DNA of 63,046 bases, the filler included, from Octopus bimaculoides (Eukaryota): NCBI RefSeq assembly GCF_001194135.2. It is 6 parts of 5 records of this genome, joined end to end, with 100 filler letters (N's around TTAATTAATTAA, not from the genome) between each part and the next. Parts side by side here need not be neighbours in the genome. Positions count along the whole stretch, not along the records: positions 46,052 to 60,006 come from NC_069001.1; positions 60,107 to 63,046 come from NC_068988.1; 4 more parts are not named here. One strand, given 5' to 3'. Position numbers and translations under genes: made by a program. The notes below the pieces were generated by a model, which had not been told where the DNA came from, ran no database searches, and worked only from the letters and a program-made list of their open reading frames with translations. Shown here in pieces: positions 51,002-63,046 of this stretch; within the stretch, counting starts at the first letter, position 1; each line of letters starts with the position of its first letter.

Positions 51002-51502
51002 CAAGTAATGTTTGTCGTCACATCAACGTGATTGTTCCATACAAACGGACGTTACTGCGAATTTTTAACTCCAAGAGGACATTGCCTCTAACTGGTCAAC
51101 GATGCAACCTACATACGATATATTGCAAGCAGGGGATCGAACTCCTACCACCACCTAGCGACAAAAGCAGCAGACCAGCCTGGTTTCGGGCTATTTCTGT
51201 CCTTCCTCAGTAATGGACATTTTGTCTGCAAGAGGTGGCAGTCGTTTGCTCGAGTTTGCAATATATAGAAATTCAAGCGACAAGGTATCCAGTACTGAGG
51301 AAGGCAGAAATAGCCCGAAACCAGGTTGATCTACTGTTCCAATCACCAGCAGGTGGTAGGGGTTCACTCCCCTGCTTGCCATATGCCGGATGCAGGCCGC
51401 GTCGTTGACCAGCTAGAGGAAATGCCTTCTTGAAGTTAAAAATTCGCAGTAGCGTCCGTTCGTATCGAACAGTCACGTTGAAGTGACGACAAACATTACT
51501 TG
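51002..51502. repeat. Long inverted repeat (about 215-bp arms, 72-bp spacer), each arm starting with a hammerhead fold
   Basis: Arms 51002-51216 and 51289-51502 are reverse complements (21 mismatches in the distal ~150 bp by manual alignment). Hammerhead cores at 51168-51215 (-) and 51290-51336 (+). Confidence 0.9.
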
Positions 51503-52493
51503 CCAGCACAGTTACTACTTTCATCTCTTACAGAGATTTTATAACTAGCTGCTTTATTTGGTAGCTTCCTTTTCCTTCAACCAACGCCAGCGGAAGGCGA
51601 TATATTTCACCACGTAACCATATACTGACCACGAAGAGCCATGGACACGTATCAATTTTAACCCTTACTTATTTCTTCATTCACTTCGATACAGCCATGT
51701 GGTTTAGGCTGTATGAACATGTGCAATCTGTCACGCAATGGAATTGGGATAACCGATTTTACAGGCGATGCTTCGCAATAGAATCGAACCGGGAATCATG
51801 TGGTTGTGAAGTGAACTTCTTAACCTAACGACCATTTATCGTTTGGGGTCCTTTCCTACTGAATTTAATTTCATTTTTGGCTTTTTCAAATTTGTTATCC
51901 TGCTTCGTCGTGTTCCATCTTGCCTATTAATCGTCGTCTAGTAGTTTTCACTTATATGGAGAGGTAGGTGTTGAGTGGCGACACATGGAGTGTTAGTGTT
52001 CAGTGGAGACACACGGGGGTGTGAGCGCTGAGTGAAAACATACTGAGTGTGGATGTTGACAACAAAGATAGAGACCATGTGACGTTGTTGAATGGGCATA
52101 CAGGCACAGTGTATAGAAAATGACTGAATAGATCGCAACAGTGTGTAGATGTTGACTTCATAGACATAATGTGTCGATGTTGACTAGATAAATAGACACA
52201 GTACGAGTGTGTTTCTGTTGATTAGATTCATCGGCGGATGGATAAATAGACAGCCTGACTGACTGACAGATAAATAGTTGGATGTAGACANNNNNNNNNN
52301 NNNNNNNNNNNNNNNNNNNNNNNNNNNNNNNNNNNNNNNNNNNNNNNNNNNNNNNNNNNNNNNNNNNNNNNNNNNNNNNNNNNNNNNNNNATATATATAC
52401 ATACATACACATATATACATGAAAGCATATATGCATATATGCATGAAAGCATATATGCACAGCCATGACGGACAGAGAGAGGGAGAGACAGAC

Positions 52494-52693
<200 letters not shown>

Positions 52694-53865
52694 CTAAACA
52701 ATAGGCACGCGCGCGCACATTCATAGAAAGGTCTAGATTCTAAACGCTAAACGTGATTGGAGGAAAACGATAGAGAAAATCTCCCTGTGTGTAAGTATGG
52801 AAGGACGACGGTGTCGTCGTCGTCGTCGTCGTTCTTCGTCTCAAGAGTCATAAAATGCTAATGGAAGAGTGGATATGAAAATGATAAGAGTGAATTAACA
52901 TCGCTCGTCGAATTTATCATGGCGTAGAAACAAAAAAAAAAAAAAAAAAAAAAAAAAAACACAGTGAGGTGGAAAACAAGCCCCTGCTTCTACTGTCACA
53001 AACGTTAGCACAGTAGAATGCACATGGCAAATAAACTTCCATATGAGACTGTGTTTAGCTAACATCTATTAAAACTATGAAATACATTTACTCGGCTCTC
53101 GACAGCAAGCAAATGGTTTTCTACTACAACAAACTGTGCAGATCGACTCCGTTATTGCTGCTGTAATTGTTTATGTTGCTGCTGTTGTTATTGTTGTTGC
53201 TGAAGGTGCTGTTGTTGATGTTGGTGTTTGTGGTGGCGGTGGTGGTGGCGCTGGTGCTGGAGGTTATTGATCTATATATATATATATNNNNNNNNNNNNN
53301 NNNNNNNNNNNNNNNNNNNNNNNNNNNNNNNNNNNNNNNNNNNNNNNNNNNNNNNNNNNNNNNNNNNNNNNNNNNNNNNNNNNNNNNNNNNNNNNNNNNN
53401 NNNNNNNNNNNNNNNNNNNNNNNNNNNNNNNNNNNNNNNNNNNNNNNNNNNNNNNNNNNNNNNNNNNNNNNNNNNNNNNNNNNNNNNNNNNNNNNNNNNN
53501 NNNNNNNNNNNNNNNNNNNNNNNNNNNNNNNNNNNNNNNNNNNNNNNNNNNNNNNNNNNNNNNNNNNNNNNNNNNNNNNNNNNNNNNNNNNNNNNNNNNN
53601 NNNNNNNNNNNNNNNNNNNNNNNNNNNNNNNNNNNNNNNNNNNNNNNNNNNNNNNNNNNNNNNNNNNNNNNNNNNNNNNNNNNNNNNNNNNNNNNNNNNN
53701 NNNNNNNNNNNNNNNNNNNNNNNNNNNNNNNNNNNNNNNNNNNNNNNNNNNNNNNNNNNNNNNNNNNNNNNNNNNNNNNNTATATATTATACTTACACAC
53801 AAACATATTTTGATATGATGCGTATATGTATCTGTGTTCGTATGCATTTCTCTGTGTGTGAGTGT

Positions 53866-53920
<55 letters not shown>

Positions 53921-54029
53921 CTTGTACTGTTAAAGCGATCTTTAGTGTTAATATATCCTGTGTGAAACAATGAAACTATAGAAGCTGGCCTTTCTGAAGG
54001 TGTGATTACACCAACAAAACCAATAAACA

Positions 54030-54430
54030 TGCGAACAACAACAATAACAATAAGAAAGACAACAGCAGCACTGACACAACACAACACCAGCAACAACAAC
54101 AACGACAACAACGACGACTATAACAACGAAAGCGACAACTTCAACAGCAGTAGCAACGATAGCAGCAGTAGCAGTTCCATCAGCAGCAGCACTCTGTCAA
54201 CAGTAACAACAAATTTAGTAAACAGCGTTTGCAGCAACGACTACAACAGCAGCAACAATACTAGTAATGGTAGCATCGCCTGCAGCAGCAACAGAAGCAG
54301 CAGTAATAGTAACCAATCTAACTACACCAACGGCGATGATAACAACAGCAACAACAACATTTGTAGTAGTAACGATAGCAAATTTAGTAACAGCAGCAGC
54401 ACTTCAGCAGTAACAACAACTTCAATAACG

Positions 54431-54461
<31 letters not shown>

Positions 54462-54478
54462 CAGTGATAGAACAGCAG
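54030..54478. repeat. Degenerate (CAA/CAG/TAG)n trinucleotide low-complexity tract
   Basis: Directly visible; it explains the S/N-rich ORF. Confidence 0.9.
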
Positions 54479-55406
54479 NNNNNNNNNNNNNNNNNNNNNN
54501 NNNNNNNNNNNNNNNNNNNNNNNNNNNNNNNNNNNNNNNNNNNNNNNNNNNNNNNNNNNNNNNNNNNNNNNNNNNNNNNNNNNNNNNNNNNNNNNNNNNN
54601 NNNNNNNNNNNNNNNNNNNNNNNNNNNNNNNNNNNNNNNNNNNNNNNNNNNNNNNNNNNNNNNNNNNNNNNNNNNNNNNNNNNNNNNNNNNNNNNNNNNN
54701 NNNNNNNNNNNNNNNNNNNNNNNNNNNNNNNNNNNNNNNNNNNNNNNNNNNNNNNNNNNNNNNNNNNNNNNNNNNNNNNNNNNNNNNNNNNNNNNNNNNN
54801 NNNNNNNNNNNNNNNNNNNNNNNNNNNNNNNNNNNNNNNNNNNNNNNNNNNNNNNNNNNNNNNNNNNNNNNNNNNNNNNNNNNNNNNNNNNNNNNNNNNN
54901 NNNNNNNNNNNNNNNNNNNNNNNNNNNNNNNNNNNNNNNNNNNNNNNNNNNNNNNNNNNNNNNNNNNNNNNNNNNNNNNNNNNNNNNNNNNNNNNNNNNN
55001 NNNNNNNNNNNNNNNNNNNNNNNNNNNNNNNNNNNNNNNNNNNNNNNNNNNNNNNNNNNNNNNNNNNNNNNNNNNNNNNNNNNNNNNNNNNNNNNNNNNN
55101 NNNNNNNNNNNNNNNNNNNNNNNNNNNNNNNNNNNNNNNNNNNNNNNNNNNNNNNNNNNNNNNNNNNNNNNNNNNNNNNNNNNNNNNNNNNNNNNNNNNN
55201 NNNNNNNNNNNNNNNNNNNNNNNNNNNNNNNNNNNNNNNNNNNNNNNNNNNNNNNNNNNNNNNNNNNNNNNNNNNNNNNNNNNNNNNNNNNNNNNNNNNN
55301 NNNNNNNNNNNNNNNNNNNNNNNNNNNNNNNNNNNNNNNNNNNNNNNNNNNNNNNNNNNNNNNNNNNNNNNNNNNNNNNNNNNNNNNNNNNNNNNNNNNN
55401 NNNNNN

Positions 55407-55482
<76 letters not shown>

Positions 55483-55683
55483 ATGTATGTCCATCTCTTT
55501 ATGTGTATTCATCTAGAGATGATAGGAAATTGCAACTACACAGATACATATACACACATATGCACATACATACATGCACACATACATACATACAAACATA
55601 CACACACACATACATACATACATCGACAGCTAGATGGAAAAACACACAGACAGGCAGACATAAAAACAGATAGACAGAGAGGC

Positions 55684-55766
<83 letters not shown>

Positions 55767-55786
55767 CAGACAAACAGACAGAGAGC

Positions 55787-55833
<47 letters not shown>

Positions 55834-55938
55834 CAGACAGGCGGTCGGATGGACGGACGGACGGACAGCCGGATGGATGGACAGACGGACGGACGGACGG
55901 ACGGACAGACAGACAGACAGACATACAGACGGTCGGAC

Positions 55939-55975
<37 letters not shown>
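55407..55975. repeat. (GT)n, (CATA)n, (GATA)n, (GGAC)n compound microsatellites
   Basis: Directly visible. Confidence 0.97.
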
Positions 55976-56522
55976 CTCAAATATGAATTCAATTTGGGGG
56001 AATAATGGAAAAGGAAAACACTTGTTTGGTTCGATCAATTTTTTCCTTCTATTACAATGCAATAACTACAACAACAAAAACTATTTCTACAAGAACAACA
56101 ACAATAACCACAATAACAATAATATCCAAGATAAAAAGAAGTTTACGAAAATAAAGACCTGCTTCCCTTGCTTTCACAAACAGCTGTATGTTTCTTTGTC
56201 CACGTGTGCATCTAGTAAAACACTTGGAGAGTTCTTTTGGACAATAGTGATCAATTTAACCTCAACTGAGCAGATGTCAACGACAGCTATATTGTGGAGA
56301 GCAGTTTTATCTATAGAAAATAATAATAAATAAATGATTGAGGGAAATGATAGATATATATAGGGGGATTCCAATACTGTTTTACTCTTTAAAATCTTAT
56401 GGTTTGGGCTTTTTTTTCTTTCAGTTACTGGAATTCTGTGGTCATGTTATGGCTCCGCTTAGAAGGGTTTTTTTAGTCATATATATATATAGATAGATAG
56501 ATATGTATACATATATATATAT

Positions 56523-56702
56523 GGTTGGCACTCCGTTGGTTACGACGACGAGGGTTCCAGTTGATCCGATCAACGGAACAGCCTGCTCGTGAAATTAACG
56601 TGCAAGTGGCTGAGCTTTAGGTGTTTTCGCTCAATAAACACTCACAACGCCTGGTCTGGGAATCGAAACCGCGATCCTATGACCGCGAGTCATTTGCGCC
56701 TC
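56523..56702 (-). mobile_element. SINE family C with internal deletion
   Basis: Matches both ends of 31662-32045, joined at GAGC (56612-56615). Confidence 0.88.
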
Positions 56703-57222
56703 CATATATATATATATATATATATAATAAGCTTAAAGCTTATAAGCGATCACCGTATATTGTCTAAAGAAAATAGTCTACTCTTGTGACATATAAGCCC
56801 TCAACGAGAGAGAAAAAATTGCGGATTTTCCGAACGCGTGTGACACGAACTCAAATATCCACATATTCGATACGCGTGCGCTACCATTTACACCAACGTA
56901 CCCACGAACTCCTACACTTTAGATTTAAGAATTATAATTTAATATTGTTGTTTTTAAACAAAAACAAGCAAATTCCGACGTGGTCCACTGTGCCTTTTAT
57001 CTTTCTTGGGTAGATAATATATAGTATTATATGTCGAGTCATCCCATAAATAAACAGGTAAAGGCGACAAGCCGGCATCGTTAGCACGCCGGACAAAATG
57101 CATAGCGGCATTTCGTCCGCCTTTACGTTCTGAGTTTAAATGCCGGAGGGGTCGACTTGTCATTTATCTTTCAAGTTCGATTAAATAATTCCAAATGCTG
57201 GAGCAGTTTGAATGGGAAATTA

Positions 57223-57445
57223 TTATTATTTATTCTGCAGTTTTCAAAATCATTTGGACGGAAAAAATATGAATTCTGTAGACGAGGTCAGAACAGTACT
57301 GAAGGAGTATTTTTCGTCACGAGCAAATGAATCTTGGAAGAGAGTTTTGTAGAAAATGAAGGAGAGTATATTTTAGATTTTAAAAAAATTGTTTTATCTC
57401 AATTTATAAAAATAAAAGACATAAAAGGACGCATTATTTATGGGA
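57223..57445 (+). mobile_element. Mariner transposase C-terminal remnant
   Basis: YYLFCSFQNHLDGKNMNSVDEVRTVLKEYFSSRANESWKR / VENEGEYILD matches the mariner DY.LF.SL.N.L.G...F...W.RG...V...GEY motif. Confidence 0.7.
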
Positions 57446-57852
57446 TGGTTTCAAATTTTGGTACAAGCCCAGCAATTTCCAAGTAGTAGAGTAATTCGAT
57501 TATATTGATACCAGTAATCAATTCCTACTTATTTTATCGATGCCGAAATGATAAAAAGCAAGGTTGACGTCGGCGGAATTTGAACTCCACATAAAGATGG
57601 ACGAAATGTCGTTACATTGTTAGCCCAGTGTGCTAATGTTTCTGCCGGCTCGCATTATAAATGTATATTCGCTTCAAATTTTGGCACAAGTCCGGCAGTA
57701 TCAGAGAAGAGTCAGTTGCTTACATCGACCCCAGTCTTCCATTGGTACTTATTCTATCGACCTCGGTGGAATTTGAACACTTAGAACGTAGAGACGGGCG
57801 ATATGCCACTAAGCATTTTTGCCCAGCGTGCTAACGATTCTGCCAGCTCACC
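57445..57852 (-). mobile_element. Two tandem SINE family B copies
   Basis: GCCCAG(T/C)GTGCTAA(T/C)G.TTCTGCC(G/A)GCTC head in both. Confidence 0.8.
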
Positions 57853-57857
57853 TTTTA

Positions 57858-57926
<69 letters not shown>

Positions 57927-60422
57927 CAATAGTTGATTCAGAAATTTGACTGCGGCCATGTATATGGAGTAAAACAAGAGTTCCCGTTGGGGGTTTCTAT
58001 AAAATAATGTACCAGTCAAATACTGGGGCCGAATGTAATCAACTAAACCCCACCCCTCAAAATTTCAACCCTTGTACTTAAATCAGAGACTATAGGTGCA
58101 AATAAAAGGATCAGTAGGAGTAGTAGTAATAGTAGTTTTGATTTGAATATAAATAAGTGTTTTTTTATATAAATAAATGATTTATATATTAATAAATGTT
58201 TTCACAGTAAATAACAAAAGATCTTTGTTTTAAAATTACAATATTTTCTTGAAGGAAGACATTTTGTAAAATTTGAAAAATATATTTTATNNNNNNNNNN
58301 NNNNNNNNNNNNNNNNNNNNNNNNNNNNNNNNNNNNNNNNNNNNNNNNNNNNNNNNNNNNNNNNGCGAAATATTGACCGACTTCTAAGATAGGTAAGCAC
58401 TTGATTCTACTTAAAAACAAAAACACATAAACCCACACACGCACCCACACACATACACCCATACGCACACACACATTTTGCGTAGGGGTACGCCTAGATG
58501 ATACATAAATAAAATACATATATATAGACATATATATATATACTGTAAACATTGTGTTCTTCTCATATGTGTATGGTCTCCAAAGAATCGCATGACTGCA
58601 GCCTCGACTGGTTCGAAACGCTCAGCCTACATCGCATAAGGCAGCACAGTTATCTCTTCTGCAATGGATAGAAAGAGTTGTAACTCGAGACCCCGCTTGT
58701 GTAAGATAGTTTCTCGGAATCGAAACAGTCGTCTATATTCATTTGTGTAACATTATTGCAAACGACCACAACACATTTATTGTACATAACGACAATTTGA
58801 TACCTGCCGGGAGACATTGAGACAAGTAAGTCGTCTCCAATACTCAGAGAGCTTCCAGTCCTCAAAGTCAGTTAACTTTTACTTCATAAATATTTTACTT
58901 CATATTTTGCATTTCTAAATAACTGTAAAAAACATAGTGAAGAAATCTCTAGAAATATATTTAAAAGTCATTTTATCCGATATGGCATTTGATTATTGCA
59001 TTTTGTTGTGAAAGAAAAGAAATCTGGCTATGACAAACTCGAGGTAGAACCAGTGCTGTCTAGAAAGATTGGCATTTTCGGCAACTAACCGTCTGCAGCA
59101 AGAGACAAACGCACTAAAGTCGTCACTGTCCGCTGCACTTTGCTCTCGTAAATGAGATATATATACGGCGGAAATTAACTGATTTTAATGGTGCCTATAA
59201 TGCAACAAAGACAGCTCTGGTAGAAGAAGAATAATTAGCTGCAGAGGTCCCCGACAGGACAACGGGATGTTTTGCACACCCATTAGTCCTTTCCGAAACA
59301 GAAACAAGGGAGACATGCCAGAGCTGCTCGTGGGCGATGCCTACTTTTGGAGATACGTAAACAATTACTCACACATTGCGCACCTTATCCGCCCAGCCGG
59401 AGCTATTACGTGAGAAAGTATTTCAAGCAGTGATGGGGAATAATATTACAGCATATCATTTCAACCACGTATGCCAGATATTTTCACCTACAATTCATTT
59501 CCACTGCTGTTTATGGTGAAGAACAAAGTTTTGCGTGAGACGAGAACTTAATACTCGGCTGAAGACACCATTCACTCAACTAGTGAATATATGGCAAATC
59601 GTATTGATCCCCTCTTAAAAACATGCCAAGAGGGACAAGTCTTGGTAACTGGGACGCATAGCTATCTTCATCGGAAATCAGTAAAAACAATTTTACTGGT
59701 AGCTCGCGTTAATCGGCTGGTCGGAACAAACATGTGAATTGATGCGCGAGGCATTTACGGAAAATGAGAAAATTTTATTTTCCTTTCAAACATGTGTTGA
59801 CCATTTTTAAATCTCCATTCTTCTCTAACCCGATTTGTGTTAGCCGAGAAATCTTTGCTACACTTCAAACTATTGTCAACGGAATTTAAATATATTTCAG
59901 CTGGGTTATACTTCATATTTTGCATTTCTACCTATCACAACCTGTCACATCTATACACACATTCTTTAGGTCACCCCTCTCGCTCTTAAGACAATATATA
60001 TTCCTCNNNNNNNNNNNNNNNNNNNNNNNNNNNNNNNNNNNNNNNNNNNNTTAATTAATTAANNNNNNNNNNNNNNNNNNNNNNNNNNNNNNNNNNNNNN
60101 NNNNNNTTTTATTTAACAAATTGTGACATTAAGGACCGAGGTTACCGTGGTCTTTTCGTAGGTTTTTTTTTCCACGGATAACCTCCCCATTTATTGGGAA
60201 TTTTCTGTATTATTTCGTATTTTTTGTAAATACTCCAAACGTTTTGCGATGTTTTTTTTTCATCGATGTCCCCACTTTTGTTTTTTTTTCTGCTTTGTTT
60301 TCGCCCCCCTCGAAAAGAAAAACTCTACATTTGTATTTTGTCCCCTCTATGTTGAGCCCTGTGTGGCTAATAAAAAAACATATCTATCTATTTATCTCTC
60401 AGCCTATCTCTCTATCTCTGTT

Positions 60423-60512
<90 letters not shown>

Positions 60513-61752
60513 AGTATATAAGTATATGTGTGTGTGGTTTGAGTCACTTTGTTATTGTGTTTATGATCGAATGCTTGTATTTAATTATTTGTGTTTATTT
60601 ACATATGAAACAATACTATCACGTGAATAATTCACGTATATACAAGTCTGCGATTGATAATATATATATTTCTTTAACACATCCGTCACATGCCTTTCTA
60701 TATTTGACATCCATCATTTTGTAAACATGTGCACTTCTGTGTTGAATATATATATGTTTCTTAGGCGGCGAGCTGGCAGAAACGTTTTAATTTTATATAC
60801 TTATATGTTTGGAAACAAATGTGTACTTTCTATGTTTGTGTTTTGTCTGTTTCTAAAAAAAATGTGTTTGTATTTTGTATATCTGTTTCTAAAAAAAAAA
60901 AAAAAAAAAANNNNNNNNNNNNNNNNNNNNNNNNNNNNNNNNNNNNNNNNNNNNNNNNNNNNNNNNNNNNNNNNNNNNNNNNNNNNNNNNNNNNNNNNNN
61001 NNNNNNNNNNNNNNNNNNNNNNNNNNNNNNNNNNNNNNNNNNNNNNNNNNNNNNNNNNNNNNNNNNNNNNNNNNNNNNNNNNNNNNNNNNNNNNNNNNNN
61101 NNNNNNNNNNNNNNNNNNNNNNNNNNNNNNNNNNNNNNNNNNNNNNNNNNNNNNNNNNNNNNNNNNNNNNNNNNNNNNNNNNNNNNNNNNNNNNNNNNNN
61201 NNNNNNNNNNNNNNNNNNNNNNNNNNNNNNNNNNNNNNNNNNNNNNNNNNNNNNNNNNNNNNNNNNNNNNNNNNNNNNNNNNNNNNNNNNNNNNNNNNNN
61301 NNNNNNNNNNNNNNNNNNNNNNNNNNNNNNNNNNNNNNNNNNNNNNNNNNNNNNNNNNNNNNNNNNNNNNNNNNNNNNNNNNNNNNNNNNNNNNNNNNNN
61401 NNNNNNNNNNNNNNNNNNNNNNNNNNNNNNNNNNNNNNNNNNNNNNNNNNNNNNNNNNNNNNNNNNNNNNNNNNNNNNNNNNNNNNNNNNNNNNNNNNNN
61501 NNNNNNNNNNNNNNNNNNNNNNNNNNNNNNNNNNNNNNNNNNNNNNNNNNNNNNNNNNNNNNNNNNNNNNNNNNNNNNNNNNNNNNNNNNNNNNNNNNNN
61601 NNNNNNNNNNNNNNNNNNNNNNNNNNNNNNNNNNNNNNNNNNNNNNNNNNNNNNNNNNNNNNATATATATAGTTTAGGACAATCAGTAAGTTGGCATAAC
61701 AGTACTCAGAGTTTCAAATTCTCGTCGGCTATATAAATATGTAATAATTGTG

Positions 61753-62070
61753 AAGGCGCATGGCTCAGTGGTCAGAGCCTAACGATCATGAGGTTGTGAA
61801 TTCCATTCCCGGATCAGGCTGCGTGTTGTGTTCTTGGGCAAGACACTTAATTTCACGTTGCTCCAGTTACCTCAGCTGTAGAAATGAGTTGTGACATCAC
61901 TGGTGTATCGGCCCCTTTGCCTTTCCCTTGGATAACATCAGTGGTGTGGAGAGGGGAGGCCGGTATGCATGGGCGACAGCTAGCCTTCCATAAAACAAAC
62001 TTGCGCGCACTTGTTCCTCGGAGGGTAACTTTCTAGATGCACTTCCATGGTCATTCATGACTGAAGGGGT
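61753..62070 (+). mobile_element. tRNA-derived SINE family D, near full length
   Basis: GAAGGCGCATGGCTCAGTGGTCAGAGC (A box)...TTCCATTCCCGG...CATGACTGAAGGGG tail. Confidence 0.85.
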
Positions 62071-62089
62071 CTCCTCCTCCTCCTCCTCT

Positions 62090-62145
<56 letters not shown>

Positions 62146-62494
62146 CAATTAATGCATATACATGCATGTGTGTGTGTTTATGTATATATGTATGTGCATA
62201 TATATATATATATATAAATATATATATACACACACATATATATTTATATATGTGTGTATGTGTGTGTGTATGTTACAGATGTAAATATTAATGTTTATAT
62301 ATAAATTTAAGTATAGGAACTTTGAGATATGCCCTCAAAATTCTTACGTTTCACTGTCTGCTCTACACTGCAAATATTTCTGTCTGCGTGAGCGCAAAAT
62401 TTTGTTTCTCTTTAGATTCTTGATAAATACACACCAAAGAGTGTACATGTGTAAAGACAGATATATATATTGTTATATGGAAACATATTGATTT

Positions 62495-62525
<31 letters not shown>

Positions 62526-63046
62526 GATANNNNNNNNNNTATATATATATGTATGTATATAGATATACATATATATATGTGTGTGTATATAGATGTACAT
62601 ACAAACTTCACTTAAGCATTTGTTTTTAATATTTTCGTCGCACCAACAGCGACCTGGTCGCTGATACGGTTGTACTGCACATGTCGTGGAATCGTGTGAG
62701 TGATGTTAACCATTTTTGTGTATTTTTGAAATGCTAACAATTGTCTTTCCAACTGCAATCGTTTTAGTTTCAACGCAACGTATCAAATTAAATCACTTGC
62801 CAAGCATATAATCACCGATATGTATAAGCAAAAACTGAATAATTTGGTACATTCTTGATATACTTTGCAAACATTTTTCACCAGGACGTTCAGCTAGTAA
62901 GTAAGCATTTGTCTTTTAAAATAAACCATCTGCATACTTAAGTTTGATTACTAGAATGTGCTGGTGCGGTTTATGCTTGAGAAAACAGCTAGGAATATAC
63001 GCATACATACATATGCATTATATATATATATATATATATATATATA

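Noticed and set aside
51940-52270. Degenerate ~30-bp repeat (GTGT.GATGTTGAC) resembling a CRISPR-like array
   Set aside because: Units are irregular with no constant repeat/unique spacer pattern; an old minisatellite in a eukaryotic context.
54002-55516. 504-aa ORF, the longest in the track
   Set aside because: Made of CAA/CAG low-complexity sequence, about 930 N and (GT)n; no coding evidence.
58650-58865. 71-aa ORF containing NIDDC (EGF-like start)
   Set aside because: Lacks EGF cysteine spacing, and no consistent splice partners were found.

Overview
Repeat-rich, AT-rich animal genomic DNA from a gappy draft assembly. It is very probably octopus (inference from the microsatellite density, the tRNA-headed SINE families and the TTAATTAATTAA spacers inside N-gaps). 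Genes, all on the minus strand: (1) a complete gamma-glutamylcyclotransferase (GGCT) gene with 3 coding exons, 170 aa, 30523-33598; (2) the first coding exon of a DNAJB12/DNAJB14-type co-chaperone (23750-23882), whose downstream exons I cannot find; (3) a candidate five-exon gene (829-10605) assembled by hand from phase-compatible GT-AG exons, encoding a 145-aa protein with a signal peptide and 4 cysteines that I do not recognise. The rest is TE-derived: at least five SINE families, RTE-like and R4/Dong-like LINE fragments, a Gypsy integrase plus LTR end, mariner remnants, pogo- and piggyBac-like MITEs, two Helitron 3' ends and a Helentron-type (HINE) element. The most unusual signal is a set of minimal, Penelope-type hammerhead-ribozyme folds in four unrelated repeat contexts: a tRNA-headed SINE (30910-30955), a head-to-head inverted pair (51168-51215 and 51290-51336), a solo near-canonical copy (47236-47288) and a core-variant copy (17067-17104). 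Most ORFs in the supplied track are microsatellite or N-gap artefacts. TE boundaries are approximate, and protein and family assignments are from motif recognition, not database searches.
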